A stretch of DNA of 64,000 nucleotides from NCBI GenBank assembly GCA_040876345.1, contig JBBDPM010000001.1, forward strand, positions 116,688 through 180,687, given 5' to 3'. The DNA comes from Candidatus Woykebacteria bacterium. Its GTDB lineage: Bacteria > Patescibacteriota > Microgenomatia > Woykebacterales > RBG-16-39-9b. Under the pieces are notes generated by a model. It was not told the DNA's origin and did not search any database. It saw nothing but the letters and a program-made list of their open reading frames with translations. This document shows, one piece after another, positions 36,463 through 46,133 of this stretch (position 1 is the stretch's first letter; every line of letters begins with the position of its first letter). The translations under genes were made by a program, and so were the position numbers.

Positions 36463-36882
36463 GTGTTCATGGATAAGATGAAAATGGATGCGCAGGAATT
36501 GAAAAATAAGCTTTCACCAGAGCTTTATAATATTGCCGTTGAGAAGGGTACCGAGGCTCCTTTTTCGGGGAAATATGTTTTTTCCAAGGACGAAGGGGTG
36601 TATAAATGTGCTGTCTGCAGCAATCCTTTGTTTTCATCTGAGACAAAGTTTGACTCCAAAACTGGCTGGCCAAGTTTCACGGAGCCTGTGACGCCAGATG
36701 CTGTAGACTATAATGAAGACACAAGCTTTGGTACGTCTCGTACTGAGATTACCTGCGGAAAGTGTGGAGCTCACCTTGGTCACGTGTTTGATGATGGTCC
36801 AAAAACTCTCTCTGGTAAACCCTCTACGGGTAAGAGGTACTGCATAAACTGCGTTTCTCTTGATCTTAATAAAAACAAGTGA
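36463..36882 (+). CDS. msrB: Peptide-methionine (R)-S-oxide reductase MsrB
   Basis: CxxC..CxxC zinc site and the catalytic motif CGKCGAHLGHVFDDGP. The true start is probably the internal Met (MDKMKM..). Confidence 0.9.
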   Translation: MFMDKMKMDAQELKNKLSPELYNIAVEKGTEAPFSGKYVFSKDEGVYKCAVCSNPLFSSETKFDSKTGWPSFTEPVTPDAVDYNEDTSFGTSRTEITCGKCGAHLGHVFDDGPKTLSGKPSTGKRYCINCVSLDLNKNK

Positions 36883-36939
36883 TTATCCCATTGACAAATA
36901 TGGGCGGAAAAGATATAAACTTACTACTTTGGAAAGGCG

Positions 36940-37143
36940 GTGATTTTTGTGAAATATTCTTTTACTTGTAATCAAGGACATGAACCGGTGACTTTTACAG
37001 CTGAAGCAGACAGTGATGACGAAGCTCTGCAAAAAATTATGGAACAGGCCGGCCCTCACGCCGCTGAAGTCCACCCCGATATGGCTAACAAAAGCCCAGA
37101 GGAGATGAAGCAGATGATAACTGGCAGTTGGACAAAAGAGTAG
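36940..37143 (+). CDS. Small hypothetical protein
   Basis: 67-aa ORF (GTG start, alternative GTG at 36949) with a weak SD. Possible DUF1059-like pattern (a small Cys/His protein). Confidence 0.3.
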   Translation: MIFVKYSFTCNQGHEPVTFTAEADSDDEALQKIMEQAGPHAAEVHPDMANKSPEEMKQMITGSWTKE

Positions 37144-37353
37144 TATAGGCTACAGAAATTGCCCAAAAGAAGTGTTAAATTTTTTAAAAAGATGGAAAGT
37201 GTTCGTAAAACGTTAGTTGCGGTAATACTTGTTGTTGCAATTGTGCTTTTAGCCTTTATATTACTCAGCGCATTTTTCCGCCAGTATTAAATCTCCAAAA
37301 AATTCCGGTTGCTTTAAGAAATAATCTTCATTATATTATGGTAAGGGGGTAAT

Positions 37354-38370
37354 ATGCTTAAAGTTGCAATTAATGGATTTGGTAGGATTGGTAGAAGTGC
37401 TTTTAAAGTGGCCGTTGATGACCATAAAAACGAAGTTGATGTGGTTGCACTCAACGACCTTACAGATTCTAATACACTCGCCCATCTTTTGAAATATGAT
37501 ACTGCCTACGGTTCCTACGAGAGAGAGGTTTCCTCAAGCGGAAATAACATTATTGTTGATGGGAAAAAATACCCAGTTTATTCTGAGAAAGACCCTGTCA
37601 ATCTTCCGTGGCGCGAGCTTGGGGTTGATATTGTAATTGAGTCAACTGGTTTTTTCACGACTAAAGAGGGCAGCATGGGTCATATCAAAGCTGGCGCAAA
37701 AAGGGTGGTAATATCAGCCCCTGCCAAGGGTGACGGAGTCGGAACCTATTTAATTGGTGTCAATGCGGATAAGGATACAGGGGAGGAGCAGATTATCAAC
37801 AACGCTTCTTGTACTACTAACTGTATTGCTCCAGTCGCTGCCATCATGCATGCAGAGTTTGGCGTTGCAAAGGCCATGATGACCACAATTCACAGTTACA
37901 CCGCCGACCAAAACTTGCAGGATGGTCCGCACAAAGATTTACGAAGAGCCAGGGCCGCCGCTGAAAACATTGTGCCGACTTCTACTGGTGCAGCAATTGC
38001 GACCACCGAAGCAATCCCAGAGCTAAAAGGTTTGTTTGATGGGGTCGCCATCAGAGTTCCCACTCCAGTCGGGTCAATATCAGATTTTACCTTTCTTATC
38101 AAGAAAAAAGCTAGTGTCGAGGAAATTAACAGCGCTTTTAAAGAAGCAGTTAAGAATCCCCTGTACAAAGGAGTATTGGCTATAACCGATGAGCAAGTAG
38201 TCTCGTCCGATATTGTGGGCCGCACCGAAAGCTCTATTGTCGACCTTTCTCTTACCCAAGTTGTGGATGGGGATCTTGTGAAGGTGTTTGCTTGGTATGA
38301 TAATGAGATGGGATATTCTCACCGGTTGATTGAGCAAGTAGTTCACGCGGGTAAGAAAATCAAGAGCTAA
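37354..38370 (+). CDS. gap: Glyceraldehyde-3-phosphate dehydrogenase
   Basis: NGFGRIGR NAD-binding motif and the ASCTTNC active-site Cys. 338 aa. Confidence 0.95.
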   Translation: MLKVAINGFGRIGRSAFKVAVDDHKNEVDVVALNDLTDSNTLAHLLKYDTAYGSYEREVSSSGNNIIVDGKKYPVYSEKDPVNLPWRELGVDIVIESTGFFTTKEGSMGHIKAGAKRVVISAPAKGDGVGTYLIGVNADKDTGEEQIINNASCTTNCIAPVAAIMHAEFGVAKAMMTTIHSYTADQNLQDGPHKDLRRARAAAENIVPTSTGAAIATTEAIPELKGLFDGVAIRVPTPVGSISDFTFLIKKKASVEEINSAFKEAVKNPLYKGVLAITDEQVVSSDIVGRTESSIVDLSLTQVVDGDLVKVFAWYDNEMGYSHRLIEQVVHAGKKIKS

Positions 38371-38373
38371 AAT

Positions 38374-38697
38374 TTGATGAAAACAAGGTTTTTGAAAGTG
38401 CAAATAATCGTTTTGTTTATGTCGCTTATCTTGTCATTTGCTTCTTTTTTTATTTTCCAAAAGGACGGTTGTGGCCCACCTTATGATGGTGGTGGTACAA
38501 ATCGAGCTCCTATTGTAGATGTTACAGATGCTCCCTATTGTACGGAATGGGGGTTTCCAGTAGTTTTGAAATCCGGTGGATTTTCTGATACTCGACCGGC
38601 GGAGGGATTCCCAACCGCATTTATTGGGAACTCTGTTTTTTATTTTCTACTCTTAAATTTGCTTTATTTAGTAGTCAGTAAAGTTAAAAAAACATGA
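38374..38697 (+). CDS. Hypothetical membrane protein
   Basis: 107 aa with N- and C-terminal TM helices. Confidence 0.35.
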   Translation: MMKTRFLKVQIIVLFMSLILSFASFFIFQKDGCGPPYDGGGTNRAPIVDVTDAPYCTEWGFPVVLKSGGFSDTRPAEGFPTAFIGNSVFYFLLLNLLYLVVSKVKKT

Positions 38698-39200
38698 TCT
38701 ATCTCGCTTCTGATCACGCTGGATTTGAGTTAAAAGAAAAGGTTAAGAAGAGCCTTCAAGATTCTGGTTTTAATGTAGAAGACTGTGGCGCCTATAAATT
38801 TGATCCAAATGATGATTATCCAGATTTTGTAAGCAAAGCTGCTAAAAAAGTTTCTGAGGACCTGGAAAATTCAAAGGCGATAATTTTTGGCGGCTCAGGT
38901 CAGGCTGAAGCTATGGTCGCGAATAAGTTCCCGGGTGTACGCTGCGCCCTTTTTTATGCAGCTGTAGCTCCTGTTGAGGCAGCCGATATAACCGGCAGGA
39001 AAAGTGAGGACCCTTTTGAGATGATTCGTTTAACTCGTGAGCACAATGATGCTAATATTTTGTCGATCGGGGCAAGATTTGTTACCGAGGAGAATGCCCA
39101 GAAGGCAGCGAAATTTTGGCTTGAGCAGAAATTTTCTAAGGATGAGCGCCATGTAAGGCGACATAATAAAATTAGCAATATTGAGGCTTCAAATGGTTGA
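38694..39200 (+). CDS. rpiB: Ribose-5-phosphate isomerase B (RpiB/LacAB family)
   Basis: The N-terminus MIYLASDHAGFELKEKV is characteristic of RpiB. 168 aa. Confidence 0.85.
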   Translation: MIYLASDHAGFELKEKVKKSLQDSGFNVEDCGAYKFDPNDDYPDFVSKAAKKVSEDLENSKAIIFGGSGQAEAMVANKFPGVRCALFYAAVAPVEAADITGRKSEDPFEMIRLTREHNDANILSIGARFVTEENAQKAAKFWLEQKFSKDERHVRRHNKISNIEASNG

Positions 39201-39861
39201 TATCATTCCGGCAATTTTAAGCACAACTAGGAGCGACTTTCACCTTCGGTTTAAGGCAGTAGAGCCTTATACGGAGTGGATTCAAATTGATTTTGTCGAC
39301 GGTCGATTTGCCCCGAGCAAGACAGTTGGACCAGAAGTTATTGGGCAATTTAGAACCTCAAAAAAACTGGAAATCCAGCTCATGGTGAACTTTATTGAGG
39401 ATTGGATCGATCCTTTTGTAAAACTCAAGCCAGAGAGAATAATATTTCCAGTCGAGACTGCCCATGACCCGATTGGTATTGTTAATCATCTTCGTCGCCA
39501 CCGAATCCAAGTAGGGTTTTCTCTTAATACTCACACCGAAGTTGGGCGGATGCAGCACCTTGTTGATAAAATAGACTGCGCTGTGCTTCTGGCTGTAAAT
39601 CCGGGGTTCCAGGGACAGAAGTTTTACGAAGGTGTGTATCAAAAAATAAAAGATTTGCGGGCAATGAGAGAGGATCTTTACATCGAGGTTGATGGTGGAC
39701 AGCAGCCAGGGATTGCCCGGAAATGTGCGCAGGCTGGAGCAAAGGCACTTGCTGTCGGGTCATATATTTTAAAAAATGATAAAATAGAAGGAGCAACTTA
39801 CGGAGAAAAGATTAAAAATGCGATAGATGCCCTTAAAGAAGATGTAAAGGGGGTGAGCTAA
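39181..39861 (+). CDS. rpe: Ribulose-phosphate 3-epimerase
   Basis: TIM-barrel RPE pattern (IIPAILS..IQIDFVDG..AVNPGFQGQKF..VDGG). Overlaps rpiB. Confidence 0.8.
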   Translation: MRLQMVDIIPAILSTTRSDFHLRFKAVEPYTEWIQIDFVDGRFAPSKTVGPEVIGQFRTSKKLEIQLMVNFIEDWIDPFVKLKPERIIFPVETAHDPIGIVNHLRRHRIQVGFSLNTHTEVGRMQHLVDKIDCAVLLAVNPGFQGQKFYEGVYQKIKDLRAMREDLYIEVDGGQQPGIARKCAQAGAKALAVGSYILKNDKIEGATYGEKIKNAIDALKEDVKGVS

Positions 39862-39928
39862 AATAACGAAAGGTTTAGTCGCAATTGTCGCCATCGTAAT
39901 AATTGGTGCTCTGGGATACTTTTTCTTT

Positions 39929-40318
39929 ATGAAAGACCAAAGTACGACCGAGGAGCCAGCGGCAACCACAACACAACAAACTTCGGGTCAGGAAGCAACC
40001 TTGCCTGATAATGATACTGAGAACGTAGTGGAGCCTGAAAAGACAGAGACAGAAGCTACCATCACCTTTTCAGATTCTGGCTTTAGCCCGGCAAACACTA
40101 CTGTGAAAGCTGGTTCTAAAGTCACATTTGTTAACAATTCTTCTAAAGAAGTTCAGCCAGCAAGTGATCCCCACCCGATCCACACCGCAAACCCCGAGCT
40201 AAATGCCGGGTCGATAGCAGCCGGTAGTTCCAAAACTGTTACTCTGACAAAAACTGGATCATGGGGATACCATAACCATTTAAGTTCTGGCCAAAGAGGC
40301 ACAATAATGGTAGAGTAA
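39929..40318 (+). CDS. Cupredoxin-like domain protein (no Cys ligand)
   Basis: Pattern TVKAGSKVTFVNNS..HNH resembles the cupredoxin fold, but the canonical Cu-Cys is absent. An in-frame TM segment lies upstream of the ATG without a canonical start (see findings). Confidence 0.45.
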   Translation: MKDQSTTEEPAATTTQQTSGQEATLPDNDTENVVEPEKTETEATITFSDSGFSPANTTVKAGSKVTFVNNSSKEVQPASDPHPIHTANPELNAGSIAAGSSKTVTLTKTGSWGYHNHLSSGQRGTIMVE

Positions 40319-40336
40319 AGTCAGTAACCTGCCCAT

Positions 40337-41218
40337 ATGAAAGTTGGAGAGCCGAAAGAACACATCGAACACGCTCATCTCGAAGTCTTGGAAAAGACCG
40401 CCAATACTATTCGCCAAGACATAATCAAAATGCTCCTCGAGGCAGGTTCCGGTCACTCGGCTGGCCCTTTAGGAATGGCAGACGTTTTCACCGCTCTTTA
40501 TTTTGCCGTTTTAAATCACAATCCCAAAGATCCAGGCTGGAGTGAGCGGGATAAGGTTTTTCTTTCCAATGGCCACATTACCCCTGTTTGGTACGCCACT
40601 TTAGCCAACGCTGGCTATTTTTCCAGAGAAGAAGCAGTGGGAACACTGCGCAAATTAAATACCCGTATGCAAGGTCATCCTCATGTGGGAACTACCCCTG
40701 GGGTTGAAAATACGGGCGGGCCCTTAGGGCAAGGTCTGTCTCAGGCAGTGGGCGCAACACTAGCTACCAAAATGGACGGAAAGAAGAACTGGACTTACTG
40801 CTTAATGAGTGATGGGGAGCATGATGAAGGGCAGATTTGGGAAGCCATTATGTTTGCCGGTAAAAACAAACTTTTTCAACTCACTGGAATTATCGACCGT
40901 AATAATATCCAAATTGATGGTATGACGGAGGATATTATGCCGCTGGAGCCTTTGAAGGATAAATATGAAGCTTTTGGTTGGCACGTGCTGGAAGTCGACG
41001 GCCACAATATTCAAAGAATTATTGAGGCTTGCCAAGAAGCAAAGGCAATTTATGAAAAGCCAGTGATTATAATCGCTCACACGATTCCTGGCAAAGGCGT
41101 TGACTTTATGGAGTTTGAATATTCTTGGCACGGCAAACCGCCTAGGCCGGATGAAGCCAAAAAAGCTTTAGCGGAACTTCGAACTTTGAAAGGGAAAATT
41201 GTTAGTGAGCATGAATGA
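40337..41218 (+). CDS. tkt: Transketolase, N-terminal (TPP-binding) subunit
   Basis: Split-type transketolase N-subunit (GSGHSAGPLGMADV, GHPH, GPLGQG). 293 aa. Confidence 0.9.
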   Translation: MKVGEPKEHIEHAHLEVLEKTANTIRQDIIKMLLEAGSGHSAGPLGMADVFTALYFAVLNHNPKDPGWSERDKVFLSNGHITPVWYATLANAGYFSREEAVGTLRKLNTRMQGHPHVGTTPGVENTGGPLGQGLSQAVGATLATKMDGKKNWTYCLMSDGEHDEGQIWEAIMFAGKNKLFQLTGIIDRNNIQIDGMTEDIMPLEPLKDKYEAFGWHVLEVDGHNIQRIIEACQEAKAIYEKPVIIIAHTIPGKGVDFMEFEYSWHGKPPRPDEAKKALAELRTLKGKIVSEHE

Positions 41219-42191
41219 TGCAAGGTTGAATCCAAAACTTTACGACTCTGAAGTTGAGCAAGTACCGACAAGGGATGGTTATGGTGATGGGGTGGTTGCT
41301 TTGGGAGAAAAGAATCCAAATGTGGTTGTGTTGACTGGAGACCTTGCTGAGTCCACTCGCGCCAATAAATTTCAGGAAAAATTCCCAGATCGTTTTATTG
41401 AATGCGGGGTAGCCGAGCAGAATATGATGGGAATTGCAGCTGGTATGGCCCTCTCCGGAAAAATCCCTTTTGTCTCAAGCTACGCTGTCTTTGTTCCTGG
41501 ACGTTGTTGGGATCAACTCCGAGTATCAGTTTGCTACTCGAAAGCTAATGTAAAAGTCGCCGGTGCTCACGCTGGCATTTCCGTGGGTCCAGATGGAGCA
41601 ACCCACCAAGCGCTTGAAGACGTTGCCTCTGTCCGCGCACTGCCGAACTTAGTTGTACTGGTCCCTTGCGACGTGATTGAGAGTAAAAAAGTAACGATTG
41701 CAGCTGGTGAACACAAAGGACCAGCCTACTTTCGCTTTACCAGGGAAAAGACGCCAGTCATCACCACCGATGAGACACCGTTCAAAATTGGCAAGGCCGA
41801 GGTCTTCAAAGAAGGCAGCGACGTTACAATTGTCGCCTGCGGCCCTTTGGTTTATCAATCATTAGTCGCTGCTAAAGAGCTTGAAAAAGAAGGAATATCG
41901 GCTGAAGTTATCAATAACCACACTATCAAACCAATCGACAAGCTTACTCTTGCCAGCTCGGCTAAGAAAACTGGAGCTGTCATCACCGTCGAAGAACATC
42001 AAATAAACGGTGGCCTTGGTGGTGCTGTTGCCGAAGTTCTTGTTGAAAATTACCCTGTTCCCATGGAGCGAGTCGGCATGCCCGACACCTTTGGCGAAAG
42101 CGGCAAACCCGAGGAGCTTTTGGAAAAATACGGAATGAGTGTTAAGAAGATTAAAGAAGCAGTGAAAGGTGTGTTGAAAAGAAAAAACTGA
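41199..42191 (+). CDS. tkt: Transketolase, C-terminal (pyrimidine-binding / C-terminal domain) subunit
   Basis: Overlaps the N-subunit by 20 nt. Transketolase Pyr and C domains (GVAEQNMMGIAAGMA, GATHQALED). 330 aa. Confidence 0.9.
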   Translation: MLVSMNDARLNPKLYDSEVEQVPTRDGYGDGVVALGEKNPNVVVLTGDLAESTRANKFQEKFPDRFIECGVAEQNMMGIAAGMALSGKIPFVSSYAVFVPGRCWDQLRVSVCYSKANVKVAGAHAGISVGPDGATHQALEDVASVRALPNLVVLVPCDVIESKKVTIAAGEHKGPAYFRFTREKTPVITTDETPFKIGKAEVFKEGSDVTIVACGPLVYQSLVAAKELEKEGISAEVINNHTIKPIDKLTLASSAKKTGAVITVEEHQINGGLGGAVAEVLVENYPVPMERVGMPDTFGESGKPEELLEKYGMSVKKIKEAVKGVLKRKN

Positions 42192-42470
42192 ATGAAAATT
42201 GCGGTTTTGATTTTCGTAATTTTATCCTCACCAGTGATACTTTATTTTCCCTTTCTACTCCACGGCTTGGGTGGTGGGGGACCGGTGCCATTGGAGTTTA
42301 AAATCATTTATCTTGTAACTTTCACCTCATTAATAACATCGATAATTTCCTTTTTCTTTGTGAACAAAAACAAGTTTTTTCGATTTTTGCTTATGTCTTC
42401 GTTCGTAGCAATTTTAGTCGAATTAATGCTAATTATTTTCACAGTCGTTCTCGGAAATATTTTTTGGTAA
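42192..42470 (+). CDS. Hypothetical small membrane protein
   Basis: 92 aa with 3 TM helices. Confidence 0.3.
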   Translation: MKIAVLIFVILSSPVILYFPFLLHGLGGGGPVPLEFKIIYLVTFTSLITSIISFFFVNKNKFFRFLLMSSFVAILVELMLIIFTVVLGNIFW

Positions 42471-42522
42471 AAAAGTCTTTTTAACTTGTGAGTGGGTACG
42501 ACTGGATAGGAAAAGGTGAACA

Positions 42523-42954
42523 ATGAAAATATCATTTTTAATTTGGACACTTGTAATAATTTTCTTTTGGGGCTTGTGGGGATTATTCAGCAAAATTGCT
42601 GCCAACAAACTCGGTTTGCAATCGGCCCTTTGGGGTGCTTTCATAACTTTTCCTATAATAATGGTTGGTTACTTACTTGTGTCTAAGCAGATCTACCCGT
42701 TGAATCTAGATAAAGCTGGGATTTTTTACAGTTTAGCCGGGGGTGTAGTCGGGGCAATCGGCACAATAATTTTTATACCACTTCTCAAGCAGGAACAGGC
42801 GTCGATTTTGATACCAATTACCGCGCTGTACCCCGCGGTCACCGTTGTCTTAGCCATATTATTCTTGCACGAAAAACTAACTCTTCCTCAGATCGGCGGA
42901 ATAATACTGGCACTGGGCTCTATTTTTCTGGTAAGCTTATCTGGTAAATCATGA
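42523..42954 (+). CDS. EamA/DMT-superfamily half-size membrane transporter
   Basis: 143 aa with 4 TM helices and an EamA-like pattern. Confidence 0.5.
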   Translation: MKISFLIWTLVIIFFWGLWGLFSKIAANKLGLQSALWGAFITFPIIMVGYLLVSKQIYPLNLDKAGIFYSLAGGVVGAIGTIIFIPLLKQEQASILIPITALYPAVTVVLAILFLHEKLTLPQIGGIILALGSIFLVSLSGKS

Positions 42955-43043
42955 ATGCTTAAAATTGGCTCGAAAGAGCAAAAGGGGAAGTTTTGCGAGC
43001 CAGTTTTGACATAAATATGCGTTTATGATAATGTGAGTTTGCT

Positions 43044-43267
43044 ATGGAAAAAACTAGGACTACGGTGGAGCTTGATAAAGCGCTTCTGAAAAAGGCTAAA
43101 CAAAAGGCGATCGAGGAGGATAAGACTTTAAAGAAATTTTCGAAGAAGGACTTAAGGTGAGGTTGGAAAGGAAAAAGCATAAGGGAAGAAAAGTCCAGTT
43201 CAAAGCCTATCACTTAGGGGAGATAAAGGGTACGTTGAGCAGAGAAGAAATTTATGATCGGCTCTGA
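43044..43267 (+). pseudogene. vapB: vapB-type antitoxin gene disrupted by a 1-nt frameshift in an A-run (or recoded by slippage)
   Basis: Frame 0 gives MEKTRTTVELDKALLKKAKQKAIEEDKTLKKFSKKDLR* (stop at 43158). Frame 2 continues from about 43124: ..KEIFEEGLKVRLERKKHKGRKVQFKAYHLGEIKGTLSREEIYDRL*, ending at 43267 and overlapping the vapC start. Joining the frames at ttaaagaaatttt reconstructs a typical antitoxin. Confidence 0.5.
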
Positions 43268-43652
43268 TGAGACTGTACTTTTCGATTCAAATATTCTAAT
43301 CTTCGCTCATAACATCGACTCACCGTTTTATCAAGAAGCGAATAGACTACAAGAGCAGGTCAACAACGGTTTGTTAAAAGGAGTGATTGCTAACCAGAAT
43401 CTGCTGGAATTCTATTCGGAGATCACTAATCCGAACATTATCAAAACACCTTTGTCTCCAGAGCGCACTCTTGATGAGATTAAAAAGTACCTAGATTCCC
43501 CATTTGAAGTAGTTTTTCCTAGCGGAGAAGAACTTGGTGCTGTTGATCTTCTAATAAGGGATAAGAATTTAATGGGCAGGAAAGTTTTTGACGTCTATTT
43601 ATTGGCTACAATGCTTGCTAATGGGGTTTATACTATCTATAACGCAGAATGA
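43254..43652 (+). CDS. vapC: PIN-domain toxin VapC (paralog of the 24746-25156 gene)
   Basis: LFDSNILIFAH, then D..FDVYL and an acidic PIN tetrad. 132 aa. Confidence 0.75.
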   Translation: MIGSDETVLFDSNILIFAHNIDSPFYQEANRLQEQVNNGLLKGVIANQNLLEFYSEITNPNIIKTPLSPERTLDEIKKYLDSPFEVVFPSGEELGAVDLLIRDKNLMGRKVFDVYLLATMLANGVYTIYNAE

Positions 43653-43703
43653 AAAAGATTTTAAAATATTTAAAGAAATAAAAGTTATTAACCCATTCAA
43701 ATC

Positions 43704-44570
43704 ATGACTGCCCACGACTGGCTCGAAAAAGCAAAAAAAGAAGGCTTTGCAATACCAGCGTTAAATGTTGGGACGCTGGAAACTTTTAAGGGAATTGTTG
43801 AAGCTTGTGTGGAAGTTAAGTCACCCGTAATTATCGAATCCTCCACCGGTGAAACTAAGTGGATGGAAGGCGAGAATGTGGCAAGTATTTCAAGAAACCT
43901 CTCTAAGAAATACAATGTCCCGATTATCGTTAATCTTGATCACGCCTACACTTATGAAGATACTCGGCCCGGGTTTGCGGCAAAGTACGATCTTATTCAT
44001 TTTGACGGCTCCAAACTTCCTTATGAGGAAAATGTGGAAGTTTGCAAAAGAATTGTTCCCGAAGCCCACGAGATGGGAGCCCTTGTTGAGGGTGAAATTG
44101 ATAGAATCCAGGGGGAGGGGTCTGAAGTTCACGAGGGCCAAACAGTTGATCAAGCCGTAATTAACGCCGGAAAAAGTAATCCTGAGAAATCGGCTAAGTT
44201 TGTTGCTGAGACTGGGGTGGATATCTACGCTTCTTTCTTTGGCAATGTTCACGGTATTTTCCCAGGGTACACTCCTCAGCTCGATTTAGGTTTACTAAAA
44301 AGAATTCAGCAGGCTATCCCAAATACTTTCCTTTCCATGCACGGCTCTTCCGGTACCCCTAAGGATCAGGTGAAAGCAGCGGTTGCTGCCGAAATTGTCA
44401 AGGTCAACGTCAACACCGAGATTCGTTTAGCCTACAGACAGTCCCTAGAAAAATCCCTTGCTGAGCACAAAGAAATTGCGATGTATAAAGTTTTCCCGCC
44501 TGTGGTAGAAGCTGTTAAACAAGAAGCTCTTCAGTGGATTGATTGGTGCGGATCAGCTGGTAAATTGTAG
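43704..44570 (+). CDS. fba: Class II fructose/tagatose-bisphosphate aldolase
   Basis: Pattern ALNVGTLETFKGIVEA..NLDHAY..HGSSG typical of class II (metal-dependent) aldolases. 288 aa. Confidence 0.85.
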   Translation: MTAHDWLEKAKKEGFAIPALNVGTLETFKGIVEACVEVKSPVIIESSTGETKWMEGENVASISRNLSKKYNVPIIVNLDHAYTYEDTRPGFAAKYDLIHFDGSKLPYEENVEVCKRIVPEAHEMGALVEGEIDRIQGEGSEVHEGQTVDQAVINAGKSNPEKSAKFVAETGVDIYASFFGNVHGIFPGYTPQLDLGLLKRIQQAIPNTFLSMHGSSGTPKDQVKAAVAAEIVKVNVNTEIRLAYRQSLEKSLAEHKEIAMYKVFPPVVEAVKQEALQWIDWCGSAGKL

Positions 44571-44578
44571 CCTCTCCT

Positions 44579-45082
44579 ATGAAAAAGCCGGCCCTAATAA
44601 AAGCTTTAGGTTGGTTATATTTGGTAGTTTTTTTAAGTTTCGTTGGAATGGTTATTCTTCTTCACGCTATCCCCAAACCTTTCTTGGACATAATTCGTAT
44701 GCCGACATTTATCCGGGCCGCTGAGCCCTATTTAGGATTTAGCTACACTCCTTCGCTACACGTTTATCAGGCTACCCTTCTATTTTTTATTTTTTTAGTG
44801 TTGGTGGATAGCTTAAGTTTGTTTAATTTATCATCAAAGATCATGAAAAAAGCTTCCGCCCTCTCCTCCTTTGTTGGTTTTATTCTAATTGGCACAGTGT
44901 TCTTTTATTTCCTCTACGCTTTAGCTACAGTCGGTGTAGCAAGTTCTCTTACTAAAACGATATTAATTTATTTACTACTAACGAGCTTTCTAATGTCCTT
45001 GGATTTATTTACCTTTGTTATCGATGAAGAGCTAATCTATCATTTGCCTTTAGCTGGTAAAGGAAGGGATAGAAAAGATTAG
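44579..45082 (+). CDS. Hypothetical membrane protein
   Basis: 167 aa with 4-5 TM helices. Confidence 0.35.
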   Translation: MKKPALIKALGWLYLVVFLSFVGMVILLHAIPKPFLDIIRMPTFIRAAEPYLGFSYTPSLHVYQATLLFFIFLVLVDSLSLFNLSSKIMKKASALSSFVGFILIGTVFFYFLYALATVGVASSLTKTILIYLLLTSFLMSLDLFTFVIDEELIYHLPLAGKGRDRKD

Positions 45083-45104
45083 CTAAAAACGTTATATTGA
45101 ATTT

Positions 45105-46091
45105 ATGCACGATATTATTACCGTTGGGGACGCCACAATTGATACTTTCATAAAGATCCACGATGCTCATGTGCAGTGTAGTATAAATAAAGAAGACTGC
45201 CAGCTTTGCGTTAATTATGGAGATAAAATTGCGGTCGATGAAATCAAGCATTTGGTGGCGGGAAACGCTGCTAATAATGCAGTAGGAAGCGCTCGTCTTG
45301 GCCTGAAAGACGCTATCTACGTAAACGTGGGTGAGGACGATTCTGGGACAAGAATCAAGAATAAGCTAGAAGAAGAAGGGGTAGATTGCACCTACATCAC
45401 CACTAACAAAGGAATAGATTCCAATTATTCGGCAGTGATTAATTTTGAAGGGGAGCGAACTATCTTTGTTTACCATCAACCCTGGCAATACCGACTTCCA
45501 AAACTCTCTCCTGCTAAATGGGTTTACTACACGTCTGCTTCAGAAAGTTTTTCTAACAGCACCCTTAGTAAAGATCTTGCCGATTACGTAAAAGAGGCCG
45601 GAGCAAAAATGCTCTACAACCCAGGAACTTATCAAATAAGGACAGGGGTAAAAAAATATCCGGAAATACTGCAAGAGTGCACGGTGTTTAATGTGAATAA
45701 AGAGGAAGCAAAGAAGATTTTGGAAATAGCCTCGGAAAAAGAGATTGGTATGAAAGAACTCCTAAAAAAGACTCGGGACGATCTTGGGGTTGAGAGTGTT
45801 TTGATCACCGACGGCCGAGACGGATCGTATTCTTTCGACGGCAAGGATTATTATAAATTACCAGAGTTTCCTGGAGAGCGTGTAGAAGCTACTGGAGCAG
45901 GAGATTCTTTTGCTACAGCTCTGGTGGCGGCCCTTTTCTACGGGCTGCCTCTTTCTGAAGGAATGGTTTGGGGCTCTATTAACGGTGCTTACGTTGTCAA
46001 ACAAGTTGGTCCACAAGCCGGTCTCTTGCACAGACACGAGATGGAAAAAATTCGCGCCGAAAGTCCTGACTTCAAAGCTGAAAAGTTTTAA
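45105..46091 (+). CDS. PfkB-family (ribokinase-like) sugar kinase
   Basis: Gly-Gly pair (GNAANNAVG) and the anion-hole/ATP motif ATGAGDSFATALVAAL. 328 aa. Confidence 0.8.
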   Translation: MHDIITVGDATIDTFIKIHDAHVQCSINKEDCQLCVNYGDKIAVDEIKHLVAGNAANNAVGSARLGLKDAIYVNVGEDDSGTRIKNKLEEEGVDCTYITTNKGIDSNYSAVINFEGERTIFVYHQPWQYRLPKLSPAKWVYYTSASESFSNSTLSKDLADYVKEAGAKMLYNPGTYQIRTGVKKYPEILQECTVFNVNKEEAKKILEIASEKEIGMKELLKKTRDDLGVESVLITDGRDGSYSFDGKDYYKLPEFPGERVEATGAGDSFATALVAALFYGLPLSEGMVWGSINGAYVVKQVGPQAGLLHRHEMEKIRAESPDFKAEKF

Positions 46092-46133
46092 CTACTTCCA
46101 AAATTTCCCGACAATATCTATAATAAAGTTCAT

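Noticed and set aside
37192-37290. A 32-aa TM peptide ORF (MESVRKTLVAVILVVAIVLLAFILLSAFFRQY) upstream of gap
   Set aside because: It is plausible as a small membrane peptide, but it has no SD and is too short to evaluate without conservation data. Noted only.
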